The notes beneath the pieces were generated by a model. It did not search any database. It was given only the letters and a program-made list of their open reading frames with translations, and was not told the DNA's origin. Below are positions 1-9,468 of a stretch of DNA of 64,000 nt, piece after piece. The DNA comes from Actinomycetota bacterium (GTDB lineage Bacteria > Actinomycetota > UBA4738 > HRBIN12), in assembly GCA_026003015.1 (NCBI GenBank), contig BPGL01000001.1, positions 64,922 to 128,921 of the forward strand. The letters are read 5' to 3'. The translations under genes were made by a program, and so were the position numbers. How positions within the stretch are numbered: the stretch's first letter is position 1; every line of letters starts with the position of its first letter.

Positions 1-1059
1 GGGTCGACCGATCCGGCCTACGACTGGGTGACCGCCTTCGAGGAGGAAACCGGCTGCCAGGTGAACGTCAAGGTCGCCGGGACCTCCGACGAGATGGTCG
101 CCTTGATGCAGGGCGGGAGCGGCCAGTTCGACCTCGTCACGGCCTCCGGCGACGCGAGCCTGCGCCTGATCGAGGGCGGCACGGTGCAACCGGTCAACAT
201 CGACCTGATCGACAGCTGGGACACGGTCGACGACCGCCTGAAGGACGCGCCGTGGCACACGGTCGACACCGACGGCGACGGTACGGCCGAGCACTACGGC
301 ACGCCCTACCAGTGGGGGTCGAACGTCCTGCTCTACAACGAGGACGTGTTCGGGGACGAGCCGCCGACGAGCTGGAACGTCGTGTTCGAAGAGATGACCC
401 TGCCCGACGGGAAGTCGAACAAGGGCCGGATCCAGGCCTACGACGGCGCGATCTACGTGGCCGACGCGGCGCTGTACCTGCGCGCGCACCGGCCGGAGCT
501 CGGCATCGAGGACCCGTACGCGCTCACGCGCGAGCAGTTCAACGCCGCCATCGAGCTGCTCGTCCAACAGCGTGAGCTCGTGGGCCGCTACTGGCACGAC
601 GCGTTCGTGCAGATCGACGACTTCCAAAACGGCGAGGCCGTTGCGAGTTCGTCGTGGCCCTTCCAGGTGAACATCCTGGGCGAGGGGTTCGCGAGCGTCG
701 TTCCCGAAGAGGGGGCGACGGGGTGGGCGGACACGACGATGATGCACGTCGACGCCCCGCACCCGAACTGTGCGTACCTGTGGATGGAGCACTCGCTCGA
801 TCCGAAGGTCCAGGGCGACCTCGCTTCCTGGTTCGGGTCGGTGCCGGCGGTGCCCTCGGCCTGCGAGGGCAACGAGCTGCTCGGTCCCGACGGGTGCACG
901 ATCAACGGGATCGACAACTTCGACCAGATCGAGTTCTGGAAGACGCCTCAGGCCGACTGCTTCCGTGGCGACGGTTCGTCCGACTGCGTGCCCTACCACG
1001 AGTGGGTCACGAACTACGTCGCGGTGATCGGCGGGCGTGATCCGGTCGCCGGGACGTGA
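1..1059 (+). CDS. Polyamine/spermidine-putrescine ABC transporter substrate-binding protein (PotD/YdcS family), 5'-truncated by window edge
   Basis: Open frame from base 1; motifs DWVTAFEEETGC, ASGDASLRLI, PYQWG, EGATGWADT, HPNCAYLWM; followed by two permeases. Confidence 0.9.
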   Translation, partial: GSTDPAYDWVTAFEEETGCQVNVKVAGTSDEMVALMQGGSGQFDLVTASGDASLRLIEGGTVQPVNIDLIDSWDTVDDRLKDAPWHTVDTDGDGTAEHYGTPYQWGSNVLLYNEDVFGDEPPTSWNVVFEEMTLPDGKSNKGRIQAYDGAIYVADAALYLRAHRPELGIEDPYALTREQFNAAIELLVQQRELVGRYWHDAFVQIDDFQNGEAVASSSWPFQVNILGEGFASVVPEEGATGWADTTMMHVDAPHPNCAYLWMEHSLDPKVQGDLASWFGSVPAVPSACEGNELLGPDGCTINGIDNFDQIEFWKTPQADCFRGDGSSDCVPYHEWVTNYVAVIGGRDPVAGT

Positions 1060-1074
1060 GATCGAGCGTGCGCT

Positions 1075-1116
1075 CGCGGGCGCGCCGGAGCCCCGACGGG
1101 CTCTGGCGCGCCCGCG
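1075..1116 (+). terminator. 19-bp GC hairpin between SBP and permease genes (mRNA stabiliser or partial terminator)
   Basis: CGCGGGCGCGCCGGAGCCC-CGAC-GGGCTCTGGCGCGCCCGCG, one G-U pair, no U-tract. Confidence 0.6.
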
Positions 1117-1131
1117 CCCACGGATGAGTCG

Positions 1132-2076
1132 ATGGTCGTGAGCGAGGCGCCGCCGCGGGCGGCGTCGGGTCCCGGGCGTCGGGTCGGGGCCGTCCTGTTC
1201 CGCCACCCGGCGCTGCGTCTCGCGCTCATGCTGCTCCCGGCGGTGCTGTGGCTGGGGGGCCTCTACATCGGCTCGCTGGGGATCCTGCTCACCTACAGCC
1301 TCTACCGGCTCCAGGAGTTCACCGGGCTCGTCGTCCGCGACGTGGGGCTCTCCACCTACGCGCTGCTGTGGCAGCCGGCGAACCGGGAGATCGTGGTGCG
1401 AACCGTCGCGATGGCGGCGTCCGTGACGGTCGCGTGCGCGGTGCTCGCGTTCCCCGTGGCCTACTACATGGCTCGCTACGCGACCCTGCGGATGCGCACG
1501 CTCCTGTACCTCGTCGTGATCATGCCGCTGTGGTCCAGCTACCTCGTGCGCTCGATCGCGTGGCGGGCGATCTTGGCGGGCGAGGGGCTGCTGCCGTGGG
1601 TCCTCGATCGGCTCGGGCTCGACGGCCTCCTCCGACTCGCGCTGCAGGCCCCGCTCGTGGGCGGGCCCTCGCTCGTGCAGTCGAAGCTCAGCCTGTTCAT
1701 CGTGTTCACCTACCTGTGGCTCCCGTTCATGATCCTGCCGGTCCACGCGGCCCTCGAGCGGGTCCCCGGGAGCCTGCTCGAGGCCTCGGCGGACATGGGC
1801 GCGCGACCGCGGACGACGTTCAGGCGGGTCGTTCTGCCGCTCGCCAAGCCCGGTGTCGTCGCCGGCTCGATCTTCACGTTCTCCCTCACCCTCGGCGACT
1901 TCATCCTCCCGCAGATCTTCGGGACCTCGGAGTTCTTCTTGGGGCAGATGGTCTACACGCAGGTCGGCGTGGCCGGGAACCTGCCCCTGGGCGCCGCCTT
2001 CACGTTCGTCGCGATGGCGATCATGCTCGTCTACCTCGGCGCGGCCAGGCGCGCGGGGGCGTTCGAGGCGCTGTGA
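1132..2076 (+). CDS. Polyamine ABC transporter permease (PotB-like)
   Basis: Multiple TM segments; EAA loop LLEASADMGA; FSLTLGDF. Confidence 0.9.
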   Translation: MVVSEAPPRAASGPGRRVGAVLFRHPALRLALMLLPAVLWLGGLYIGSLGILLTYSLYRLQEFTGLVVRDVGLSTYALLWQPANREIVVRTVAMAASVTVACAVLAFPVAYYMARYATLRMRTLLYLVVIMPLWSSYLVRSIAWRAILAGEGLLPWVLDRLGLDGLLRLALQAPLVGGPSLVQSKLSLFIVFTYLWLPFMILPVHAALERVPGSLLEASADMGARPRTTFRRVVLPLAKPGVVAGSIFTFSLTLGDFILPQIFGTSEFFLGQMVYTQVGVAGNLPLGAAFTFVAMAIMLVYLGAARRAGAFEAL

Positions 2077-2879
2077 GGACGACCTCGACACCACGTGCCG
2101 GGCTCGGTCTTCGGATCGCCACGTTCCTCGTCGTCGCGTTCCTGTACGTGCCGCTGCTCGTGATGATCCTCTACGCCTTCACGACCCAAACGGCCGCGTT
2201 CACGTTCCCGCCTCCCGGCCTCACGACGCGGTGGTGGTCGATCGCGCTGGGCAACGAGCGCATGTGGGAGGCGCTGCGCCTGTCCCTCGTCGTAGCGGGG
2301 GTCTCGACGACGGCTTCGATCGTGATCGGTGGGCTGCTCGCCGCCGCCGTCTACCGCGCTCGGTTCGCGGGCCGCGACGCCCTCGCGTTCCTCGTGGTGC
2401 TGCCGATCGCGCTTCCGGGCATCGTCACCGGGATCGCGCTGCGGTCTACCTTCGCGCAGCTCGAGCTCGGCTTCAGCACGTGGTCGCTCGTCGTGGGGCA
2501 CACGACGTTTTGCATCGTGATCGTCTACAACAACGTCGTCGCGCGGCTCCGCCGGATGTCCCCGAGCCTGGCGGAGGCCTCAAGCGACCTCGGGGCGAGC
2601 GGATGGCAGACGTTCCGGCACGTCGTGATGCCGAACCTCGCGACCGCGGTCCTCGCGGGCGCGATCCTCGCGTTCGCCCTGTCGTTCGACGAGATCATCG
2701 TGACGACCTTCGTGGCCGGGCAGCAGCAGACGCTACCGATCTACATCTTCTCGATCCTGTTCCGGCCTCGGCAGAAGCCCGTCGTGAACGTCGTGGCGCT
2801 GGTGGCGATCGCGATCACGTTCGTCCCCGTCCTCGTGGCGCAGCTGCTCACGCGCGAGGAGGGCGGGCACGTCCGCTGA
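2073..2879 (+). CDS. Polyamine ABC transporter permease (PotC-like)
   Basis: GTG overlaps upstream TGA; EAA loop LAEASSDLGA; FALSFDE. Confidence 0.9.
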   Translation: MRTTSTPRAGLGLRIATFLVVAFLYVPLLVMILYAFTTQTAAFTFPPPGLTTRWWSIALGNERMWEALRLSLVVAGVSTTASIVIGGLLAAAVYRARFAGRDALAFLVVLPIALPGIVTGIALRSTFAQLELGFSTWSLVVGHTTFCIVIVYNNVVARLRRMSPSLAEASSDLGASGWQTFRHVVMPNLATAVLAGAILAFALSFDEIIVTTFVAGQQQTLPIYIFSILFRPRQKPVVNVVALVAIAITFVPVLVAQLLTREEGGHVR

Positions 2880-2925
2880 GCTCGGCGTCGCCGGCCCGGC
2901 GGCGTTCGCGGGCGGAGGCAGGGTC

Positions 2926-3423
2926 TCAGAGGTACTGGCCGCCGCCGTCGCGGGAGGGCTGCATCGGCGGGTTCTGCGTGAGCAGGCCGCGGCGACGGAG
3001 CTCCTCGAACTGCGCGCGCGCGGCGGCCTGCTGTGCGAACATCGCCGCCTGGATCCCGTGGAACAGCCCCTCGAGCCACCCGACGAGCTGGGCCTGGGCG
3101 ATCCGGAGCTCCGATTCCGAGGGCGTCGCGCCCATCGGCGGCGCGAGCTCGGCGAGCTCCTCGCGCAGATCCTCGCTCAGCACGTCGCGGAGCTCTCCGA
3201 CCGCGCGGTCGTAGATCTGTGCGAGGCGCTTGCGACCCGCCTCGTCCGTGGAGGTCTGCCGCGTCTCCTCGAGCAGCTCGCGGACCATCGTCGCGATGCG
3301 GATCACCTTCGCCGGCTCGGTGATCGGCCCCTGGCGCTCGGTCCTGCCGTCGCTCGTGGCCTCGACCGGCACGGCGGGGAGCGCCTCGGCCGGCTCGGGT
3401 CCTCGATCCTCGACCTCGCTCAT
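2926..3423 (-). CDS. bpa: Bacterial proteasome activator Bpa/PafE (DUF2587)
   Basis: PAKVIRI...ELRIAQAQLVGWLEGLFHGIQ and C-terminal GQYL (HbYX) motif. Confidence 0.93.
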   Translation of the reverse strand: MSEVEDRGPEPAEALPAVPVEATSDGRTERQGPITEPAKVIRIATMVRELLEETRQTSTDEAGRKRLAQIYDRAVGELRDVLSEDLREELAELAPPMGATPSESELRIAQAQLVGWLEGLFHGIQAAMFAQQAAARAQFEELRRRGLLTQNPPMQPSRDGGGQYL

Positions 3424-3448
3424 GGCCCCAACCTAGCACCGAGGCCGC

Positions 3449-4786
3449 TCAGGCGGGCTCGGCCAGGAACAGGGCCTCGGCCACGATCATCCGCTCGAGG
3501 TCCGCGAGGTCGACGCTCTCGTCGACGGAGTGCCAGTTCGAGCGGTGGTCGCCGGCGCCGACGATCAGCACCTGGATCCCGGGGAAGGTCTCGGCGAGCA
3601 CCGGGATCAGCGGAACCGATCCGCCGCTGCCCATCTCGAGGACCTCGGCGCCGTCGAAGGCCTGGGCCAGGGCGCGCCGCAGGGCCGCGAACGCCGGGGT
3701 GGTGCGGTCCACCAGGTAGCCGGCCCCCGCCTCAGCGCCCTCCACGCGCACGCGCACGCCCCAGGGGGCGGCCCGGCGGAGGTGCTCGGCGAGCAGATCG
3801 CGGGCCCGGGCGGGGTCGTCGCCCGGCGCGAGGCGAAGGCTGACGCGCGCCGCGGCCGTCGGGACGATCTGGTTCGACGACCCCTGGATCGAGGGGGCGT
3901 CGATGCCCAGCACGGCGAGGGCCGGCGAGGTGAACAGCCGGTCGGCGAGGCTCCCCGTGCCGATCAGCTCGACGCCCTCGAGCACGCCGGCCTCCTCGCG
4001 GAACCCCTGTTCCTCGACCGGGGCTCCCTCCCAGCGGAAGCGCCGAAGCCCCTCGATCGCCACGTCGCCCGCCTCGTCGTGCAGGCTCGCGAGGATCCGC
4101 GCGAGGGCCGTGATGGCGTCGGGGATCGGCCCGCCATAGGCGCCGCTGTGCTGGGCGATCGGGAGCACGTCCACGCGCACGACGCAGTCGGTCACGCCGC
4201 GCACGCTCGTGCCGATCGTGGGAACGCCGGTCCGGTGGTTGCCCCCGTCGGCGACGAGGGCGACGTCGGCCGCGAGCAGCTCCGCGTGCCCGCCGACGAG
4301 CTGCGGCAGGTGCTCGGTCGTGCACTCCTCCTCGCCCTCGACGAGGATCTTCACGCGGCAGCGGGCCCGCCCCCCCAGCGCGCGGATCGCGGCGGCGTGC
4401 ATCACGACGCCGGACTTGTCGTCGGCCGCGCCCCGCCCGTAGAGGCGGCCGTCGCGGACCTCGGGTTCGAACGGGGGCGACGTCCAGGCCGCGGGGTCGC
4501 CGGCGGGCTGGACGTCGTGGTGGGCGTAGAGCAGGACCGTCGGCGCCTGCGCCGGGCCGTCGAGCTCCGCGTACACGGCCGGGTGCCCGCCGTCGAGCTC
4601 GAGCAGCCGCGCGTCGGCCGCCCCGGCGGCCTCGAGGATCTCCCGCGTCGCCTCGGCGCTCGCGCGCACGTGCGCGGGGTCGTGGCCGGGGTGGCCGACC
4701 GAGGGGATCCGAACGAGCCGTTCGAGCTCGGCGACCGTGCGGGGGAAGTCCTCGCGGACCCGGGCCCGGAGCGCGGCGAGATCCAC
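3449..4786 (-). CDS. M20/M25/M40 family metallo-dipeptidase
   Basis: YAHHDVQP, GRGAADDKSG, EGEEE, HSVDES motifs; GTG at 4786 lies 7 nt after a TAGGCT -10 box. Confidence 0.9.
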   Translation of the reverse strand: MDLAALRARVREDFPRTVAELERLVRIPSVGHPGHDPAHVRASAEATREILEAAGAADARLLELDGGHPAVYAELDGPAQAPTVLLYAHHDVQPAGDPAAWTSPPFEPEVRDGRLYGRGAADDKSGVVMHAAAIRALGGRARCRVKILVEGEEECTTEHLPQLVGGHAELLAADVALVADGGNHRTGVPTIGTSVRGVTDCVVRVDVLPIAQHSGAYGGPIPDAITALARILASLHDEAGDVAIEGLRRFRWEGAPVEEQGFREEAGVLEGVELIGTGSLADRLFTSPALAVLGIDAPSIQGSSNQIVPTAAARVSLRLAPGDDPARARDLLAEHLRRAAPWGVRVRVEGAEAGAGYLVDRTTPAFAALRRALAQAFDGAEVLEMGSGGSVPLIPVLAETFPGIQVLIVGAGDHRSNWHSVDESVDLADLERMIVAEALFLAEPA

Positions 4787-4806
4787 GGTCTCCAGCCTAG
4801 CGGTCC

Positions 4807-5451
4807 TCAGGGGGCGAGCCGCTCGATGCGCCACCCTTCGGCCGAACGCGCGTAGCGGAACCGATCGTGCAGCCGATCCTCGCGCCCCTGCCAGAACTCG
4901 AGCTCGTCGGGCACGAGGCGAAGGCCGCCCCAGTTCGGCGGCCGGGGGACCGCGTGGGGGAAGCGAGCGTCGACCTCGCGCACCCGCCGCTCGAGGTCCT
5001 CGCGGCTCGCGAGGACCTGGCTCTGGGGCGAGGCCCACGCCCCGAGCTGGGCCCCCCGCGGTCGATCGGCGAAGTACACGTCGGACTCCGCGTCGCTCAC
5101 GCGCTCGACCCGTCCGCGGACGGTCACCTGGCGGTCGAGGCGCTTCCACAGGAACACGAGGGCGGCGAAGGGGTTCTCCGCGAGCTCGCGGCCCTTGCGG
5201 CTGTCGAGGTTCGTGTAGAACGCGAACCCCCGGGCGTCCAGACCCCGGAGCAGGACGTGGCGGACGCTCGGGCGCGCGTCGGCTCCCGCCGTGGCGAGCG
5301 CCATCGCGTTGGGCAGCGGCACGCCGGCGCGCACGGCCTCCTCGAACCAGCGGCCGAACTGCGCGATCGGGTCGTCGTCGAGGTCTGCGCGCTCCAGCGG
5401 TGCTCGGGTGTGGGAGCCGGTCGGGGCTCGGATCGTGCGCGGGTCGATCAC
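4807..5451 (-). CDS. pdxH: Pyridoxamine 5'-phosphate oxidase
   Basis: PNAMALAT, RHVLL, FYTNLDSRKG, EFWQGREDRLHDR, RLAP C-terminus. Confidence 0.95.
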   Translation of the reverse strand: MIDPRTIRAPTGSHTRAPLERADLDDDPIAQFGRWFEEAVRAGVPLPNAMALATAGADARPSVRHVLLRGLDARGFAFYTNLDSRKGRELAENPFAALVFLWKRLDRQVTVRGRVERVSDAESDVYFADRPRGAQLGAWASPQSQVLASREDLERRVREVDARFPHAVPRPPNWGGLRLVPDELEFWQGREDRLHDRFRYARSAEGWRIERLAP

Positions 5452-5549
5452 GGGTCCATCGTAGGGGGGCGGCGTCCCGATCGGGGACGCGGACCGGCCC
5501 CCGCGCCCGCGGGCGGCGCAGGGGCCGGATCGAGCGACGGCGCGACGCC

Positions 5550-5780
5550 TCAGGCGCGCGCCAGCTGGGCCCGGGCCGACACGAGCGCGGGGATCCGCGC
5601 GCCGACCCACAGCGCCGAGGCGCCGACCAGGCCGTAGACCACGCGGGTGATCGCGCTCGTCTCCCCGAAGTCGAGGCCGAACAGCGCCGCCACGAGGTCG
5701 AACTCCGCGACCGCCACGAGCCCCCAGTTCAGGGCACCGACCACCACGAGCACTAGCGCCAGGGTGTCGATCAGCTTCAT
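5550..5780 (-). CDS. DUF378 family small membrane protein
   Basis: LVVVGALNWGLV...FDLVAALFG...RVVYGLVG; GGAGGGAG RBS before ATG at 5780. Confidence 0.85.
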   Translation of the reverse strand: MKLIDTLALVLVVVGALNWGLVAVAEFDLVAALFGLDFGETSAITRVVYGLVGASALWVGARIPALVSARAQLARA

Positions 5781-5809
5781 GAGCTGCTCCCTCCCTTCCT
5801 GCATCCCTG

Positions 5810-5896
5810 CGTCTAATATCTGTCGAGAGTGAGACTACGGCTTCACCGGCCAAGTGTCAAGAGTATGTAGAAGGTAGTGCCGAGATGTCGTAGAGT
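5810..5896. promoter_or_regulatory. Divergent DUF378/carH promoter region with CarH-type tandem 11-bp operator repeats
   Basis: Minus-strand TTGACA(5860-5855)-N17-TAGTCT(5837-5832); plus-strand TAGAGT (5891-5896); TGTnnA-like units at 5810, 5821, 5855, 5866, 5878, 5889. Confidence 0.7.
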
Positions 5897-5903
5897 TGGG
5901 GGC

Positions 5904-6791
5904 GTGGGCGCGTCGAACGGATGGCTGCGGATCGGCGAGCTGGCTCGCCGCACCGGCTGTTCCCCCGCCCTGCTGCGGGCCTGGGAGCAGCGGTACGGGG
6001 TGCTGCAGCCGGCTCGCACGAAGGGGGGCTTCCGCCTGTACCGCGACAGCGACGTGGCCCGCGTCCGGCGCATGCGCGAGCTGATCGCGGGCGGCCTAGC
6101 GCCCGCGGAGGCCGCGCGCGTGGTGCTCGAGGAGCTGCAGCCCACCGGACCCGCGCTCGACGCGTCGCCCACCGCCGACGCAGCGATCGAGGGCGCGGCG
6201 GCCGCCGACCTCGTGGAGCGGCTCGAGGCCGCGCTCGAGCGCTTCGACGATCGCGAGGCCCAGGCGGTGCTCGACGAGGTGTTCGCCAGGCTCTCGGTGG
6301 AGTCGGCGATCCAGCGGGTCGTGCTCCCGTACCTGGAGCGACTGGGCACGCGCTGGTCGCAGGGCCTCGTGACGATCGCGCAGGAGCATTTCGCGTCGAA
6401 CGTGCTGCGCGCCCGGCTGCTCGGGCTCGCGCGGGGGTGGGGGAGCGGCGTCGGTCCGCTCGCCGTCCTCGCCTGCCCGCCGGGCGAGGAGCACGAGCTG
6501 GGGTTGATCGCGTTCGGGCTCGTGCTCTCGCGCCGGGGGTGGCGTGTCGCCTACCTGGGAGCCGACACGCCCCTGGAGACGCTCACCTCGACCGTCGATC
6601 TGCTCGAGCCCGCCGTCGTCGTGCTCGCGGCCTACGACCCCGAGCGCCTGCGGCCGCACCGAGAGGCCATCCGCCGGCTCGCGGCCTCGGTCCCCGTGGC
6701 GATCGGCGGCGCGCTCGGGGATCTCGACCCCGAGGAGCTCGGCGTCCGGGCGCTCGCGTCCGACGTCGTCGCGGCGGCCGCGGCCCTGTGA
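5904..6791 (+). CDS. MerR-family regulator with cobalamin-binding domain (CarH/LitR-type photoreceptor)
   Basis: N-terminal MerR HTH (IGELARRTG...LRAWEQRYG...GGFRLY); W-x9-EH (WSQGLVTIAQEH) and EEHELG B12 motifs. Confidence 0.88.
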   Translation: MGASNGWLRIGELARRTGCSPALLRAWEQRYGVLQPARTKGGFRLYRDSDVARVRRMRELIAGGLAPAEAARVVLEELQPTGPALDASPTADAAIEGAAAADLVERLEAALERFDDREAQAVLDEVFARLSVESAIQRVVLPYLERLGTRWSQGLVTIAQEHFASNVLRARLLGLARGWGSGVGPLAVLACPPGEEHELGLIAFGLVLSRRGWRVAYLGADTPLETLTSTVDLLEPAVVVLAAYDPERLRPHREAIRRLAASVPVAIGGALGDLDPEELGVRALASDVVAAAAAL

Positions 6792-6810
6792 GGAGCGGGC
6801 TCGGTCGGGC

Positions 6811-7773
<963 letters not shown>

Positions 7774-7791
7774 CGGCTCCCTCCGCTCCGG

Positions 7792-7847
7792 GGTGTACGA
7801 TGTACACCGACGCGCTCATCCTAGGGTGTACGTCGTACACTCGTCAA
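7792..7847. promoter_or_regulatory. Two TetR-type palindromic operators overlapping the oxidoreductase promoter
   Basis: GGTGTAC-GAT-GTACACC (7792-7808) and GTGTAC-GTC-GTACAC (7826-7840); minus-strand TTGACG-N18-TAGGAT brackets the second copy. Confidence 0.8.
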
Positions 7848-7872
7848 CGTCCCGATCGCCGCGGGAGGGGGC

Positions 7873-8679
7873 ATGGGTGAGATCGCCGAGGCCAAGGCGG
7901 GTGCACGCGGTGCACGCGGTGCACGCGAGCCGCTGAGGCGCGACCGGATCCTGCGGACGGCGGTGGCCATCGCCGACGAGGGTGGTGTCGAGGCGATCAG
8001 CATGCGGCGGATCGCCCGTCGCCTCGGGGTCGTGCCCATGGCGCTCTACAAGCACGTGGAGAACAAGGACGATCTGCTGAACGGGATGATCGACGTCGTC
8101 GTCGGCGAGATCGACCCCGCGATCGAGGGCGCGGACTGGAAGACGGCGGTGCGTGAGCGGATCCTGTCCGCGCGCCGGACGTTGCTGCGCCACCCGTGGG
8201 CCGCCCGCGTGCTCGAATCGCGGACCGAGCCGACGCCGGCCATCATCGCCTACTTCGACTCGATGATGGGCATCTTCCTCGCGGGCGGCTTCTCGGTCGA
8301 CCTCATGCACCACGCCCTCCACGTGATGGGCAGCCGGATCCTCGGGTTCTCGCAGGAGCTGTTCGACGACGCCTCGAGCGCGCCCGACGAGGAGGCGATC
8401 GCGATGTGGTCGGAGATGGCCGAGCGCTATCCGAACATCGCCGCGCTCATCCGTGAGCTCGCCGCGGGCCAGATCTCCCACGAGCAGGCGACGGCCGTCG
8501 GTGGGGCATGCGACACGCAGGTCGAGTTCGAGTTCGCCCTCGATCTGATCCTCGACGGCCTCGAGCGCCTGCTCGCGTCGAGTCGAGATGGCTCCGACGT
8601 GGCACGGCCGAGTGCCTCCAAGGAGGCACGCACGACGGCCGATCCCGACGACGCGTCGGCCTCACCCGCCCCGATTTAG
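7873..8679 (+). CDS. TetR/AcrR family regulator (TetR_C type)
   Basis: HTH AISMRRIARRLGVVPMALYKHV; EFEFALDLILDGL; GGAGG RBS. Confidence 0.92.
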   Translation: MGEIAEAKAGARGARGAREPLRRDRILRTAVAIADEGGVEAISMRRIARRLGVVPMALYKHVENKDDLLNGMIDVVVGEIDPAIEGADWKTAVRERILSARRTLLRHPWAARVLESRTEPTPAIIAYFDSMMGIFLAGGFSVDLMHHALHVMGSRILGFSQELFDDASSAPDEEAIAMWSEMAERYPNIAALIRELAAGQISHEQATAVGGACDTQVEFEFALDLILDGLERLLASSRDGSDVARPSASKEARTTADPDDASASPAPI

Positions 8680-9440
8680 GCGGGACGAAGCGTCCCGGCG
8701 AACACCTGCCACGCGAGCAGCGACTTCGCGACGAGCGACAGGACGATGTAGGCGAGCTCGCCGAACGCGTAGTCGCGCCAAGGCCCAACCTTCCGGTACT
8801 GCAGCACCATGTTCAGCGCGAAGACGTTGAAGAACACGAAGATCGAGGCGAAGATCGCGTACACGAACCCAGGCGGTCCGCCGCCCTCGTCCCCCGCGCC
8901 GAACAGGTACAGGCCGATGGCGACCCACGGGATCGCTCCAGCGAAGGACCCGAACCAGAACGCCGTCCAGTTCGTCCGCTCCGTGGTCTGGTTGTGGAGC
9001 TCCATGAGCCAGCCGAAGAGGATCATCGTGGCGTTCAGGGCGAGGATGAGGATGAGCGACGCGACGTCGTAGATGCCCACGAGCATCGCGATCACGACGA
9101 TCATCAGCGAGGCGGAGACCGAGTACTCGATCCATCGCGCGGGGTTGATCCCCCGCTCGACGTTGGCCGCGTAGCGGCGGAAGCCGGCCGGTGAGGCGAC
9201 CGAGAGGTGGGCGAGCGCGGAGAGGAACAAGAAGGCGGCCACGAGCGGCCCGATCCTCACCTCGGCGAGCGTTTCGAGGCGTGGCGCCAGGCGACCGGTG
9301 CCCGGGTCCATCTGCAGGAAGGCGCTCGTGATGGGCAGGGCGAAATCGTTCGCCAACGCCAGGACGGCGGCTCCCTGGATCAGGTGCAGCAGGGCCGCCG
9401 CGAGGTTCCAGCTTCGCAGTCCGTTTTGGTCGATCATCAT
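8676..9440 (-). CDS. Heliorhodopsin
   Basis: 7 TM; WNLAAALLHLIQ (TM1 His), LAH (TM2 His), NPARWIEYS (counterion Glu), LSLVAKSLLAWQ (Schiff-base Lys); GGAGG RBS. Confidence 0.95.
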   Translation of the reverse strand: MMIDQNGLRSWNLAAALLHLIQGAAVLALANDFALPITSAFLQMDPGTGRLAPRLETLAEVRIGPLVAAFLFLSALAHLSVASPAGFRRYAANVERGINPARWIEYSVSASLMIVVIAMLVGIYDVASLILILALNATMILFGWLMELHNQTTERTNWTAFWFGSFAGAIPWVAIGLYLFGAGDEGGGPPGFVYAIFASIFVFFNVFALNMVLQYRKVGPWRDYAFGELAYIVLSLVAKSLLAWQVFAGTLRPA

Positions 9441-9468
9441 CGTTTCCCGCCCTCCTGCCTGGCCGGCC

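Noticed and set aside
7900..7926. (GGTGCACGC)3 repeat at the start of tetR
   Set aside because: In-frame 9-bp expansion encoding GAR in a disordered N-terminus; not a CRISPR array or a frame switch
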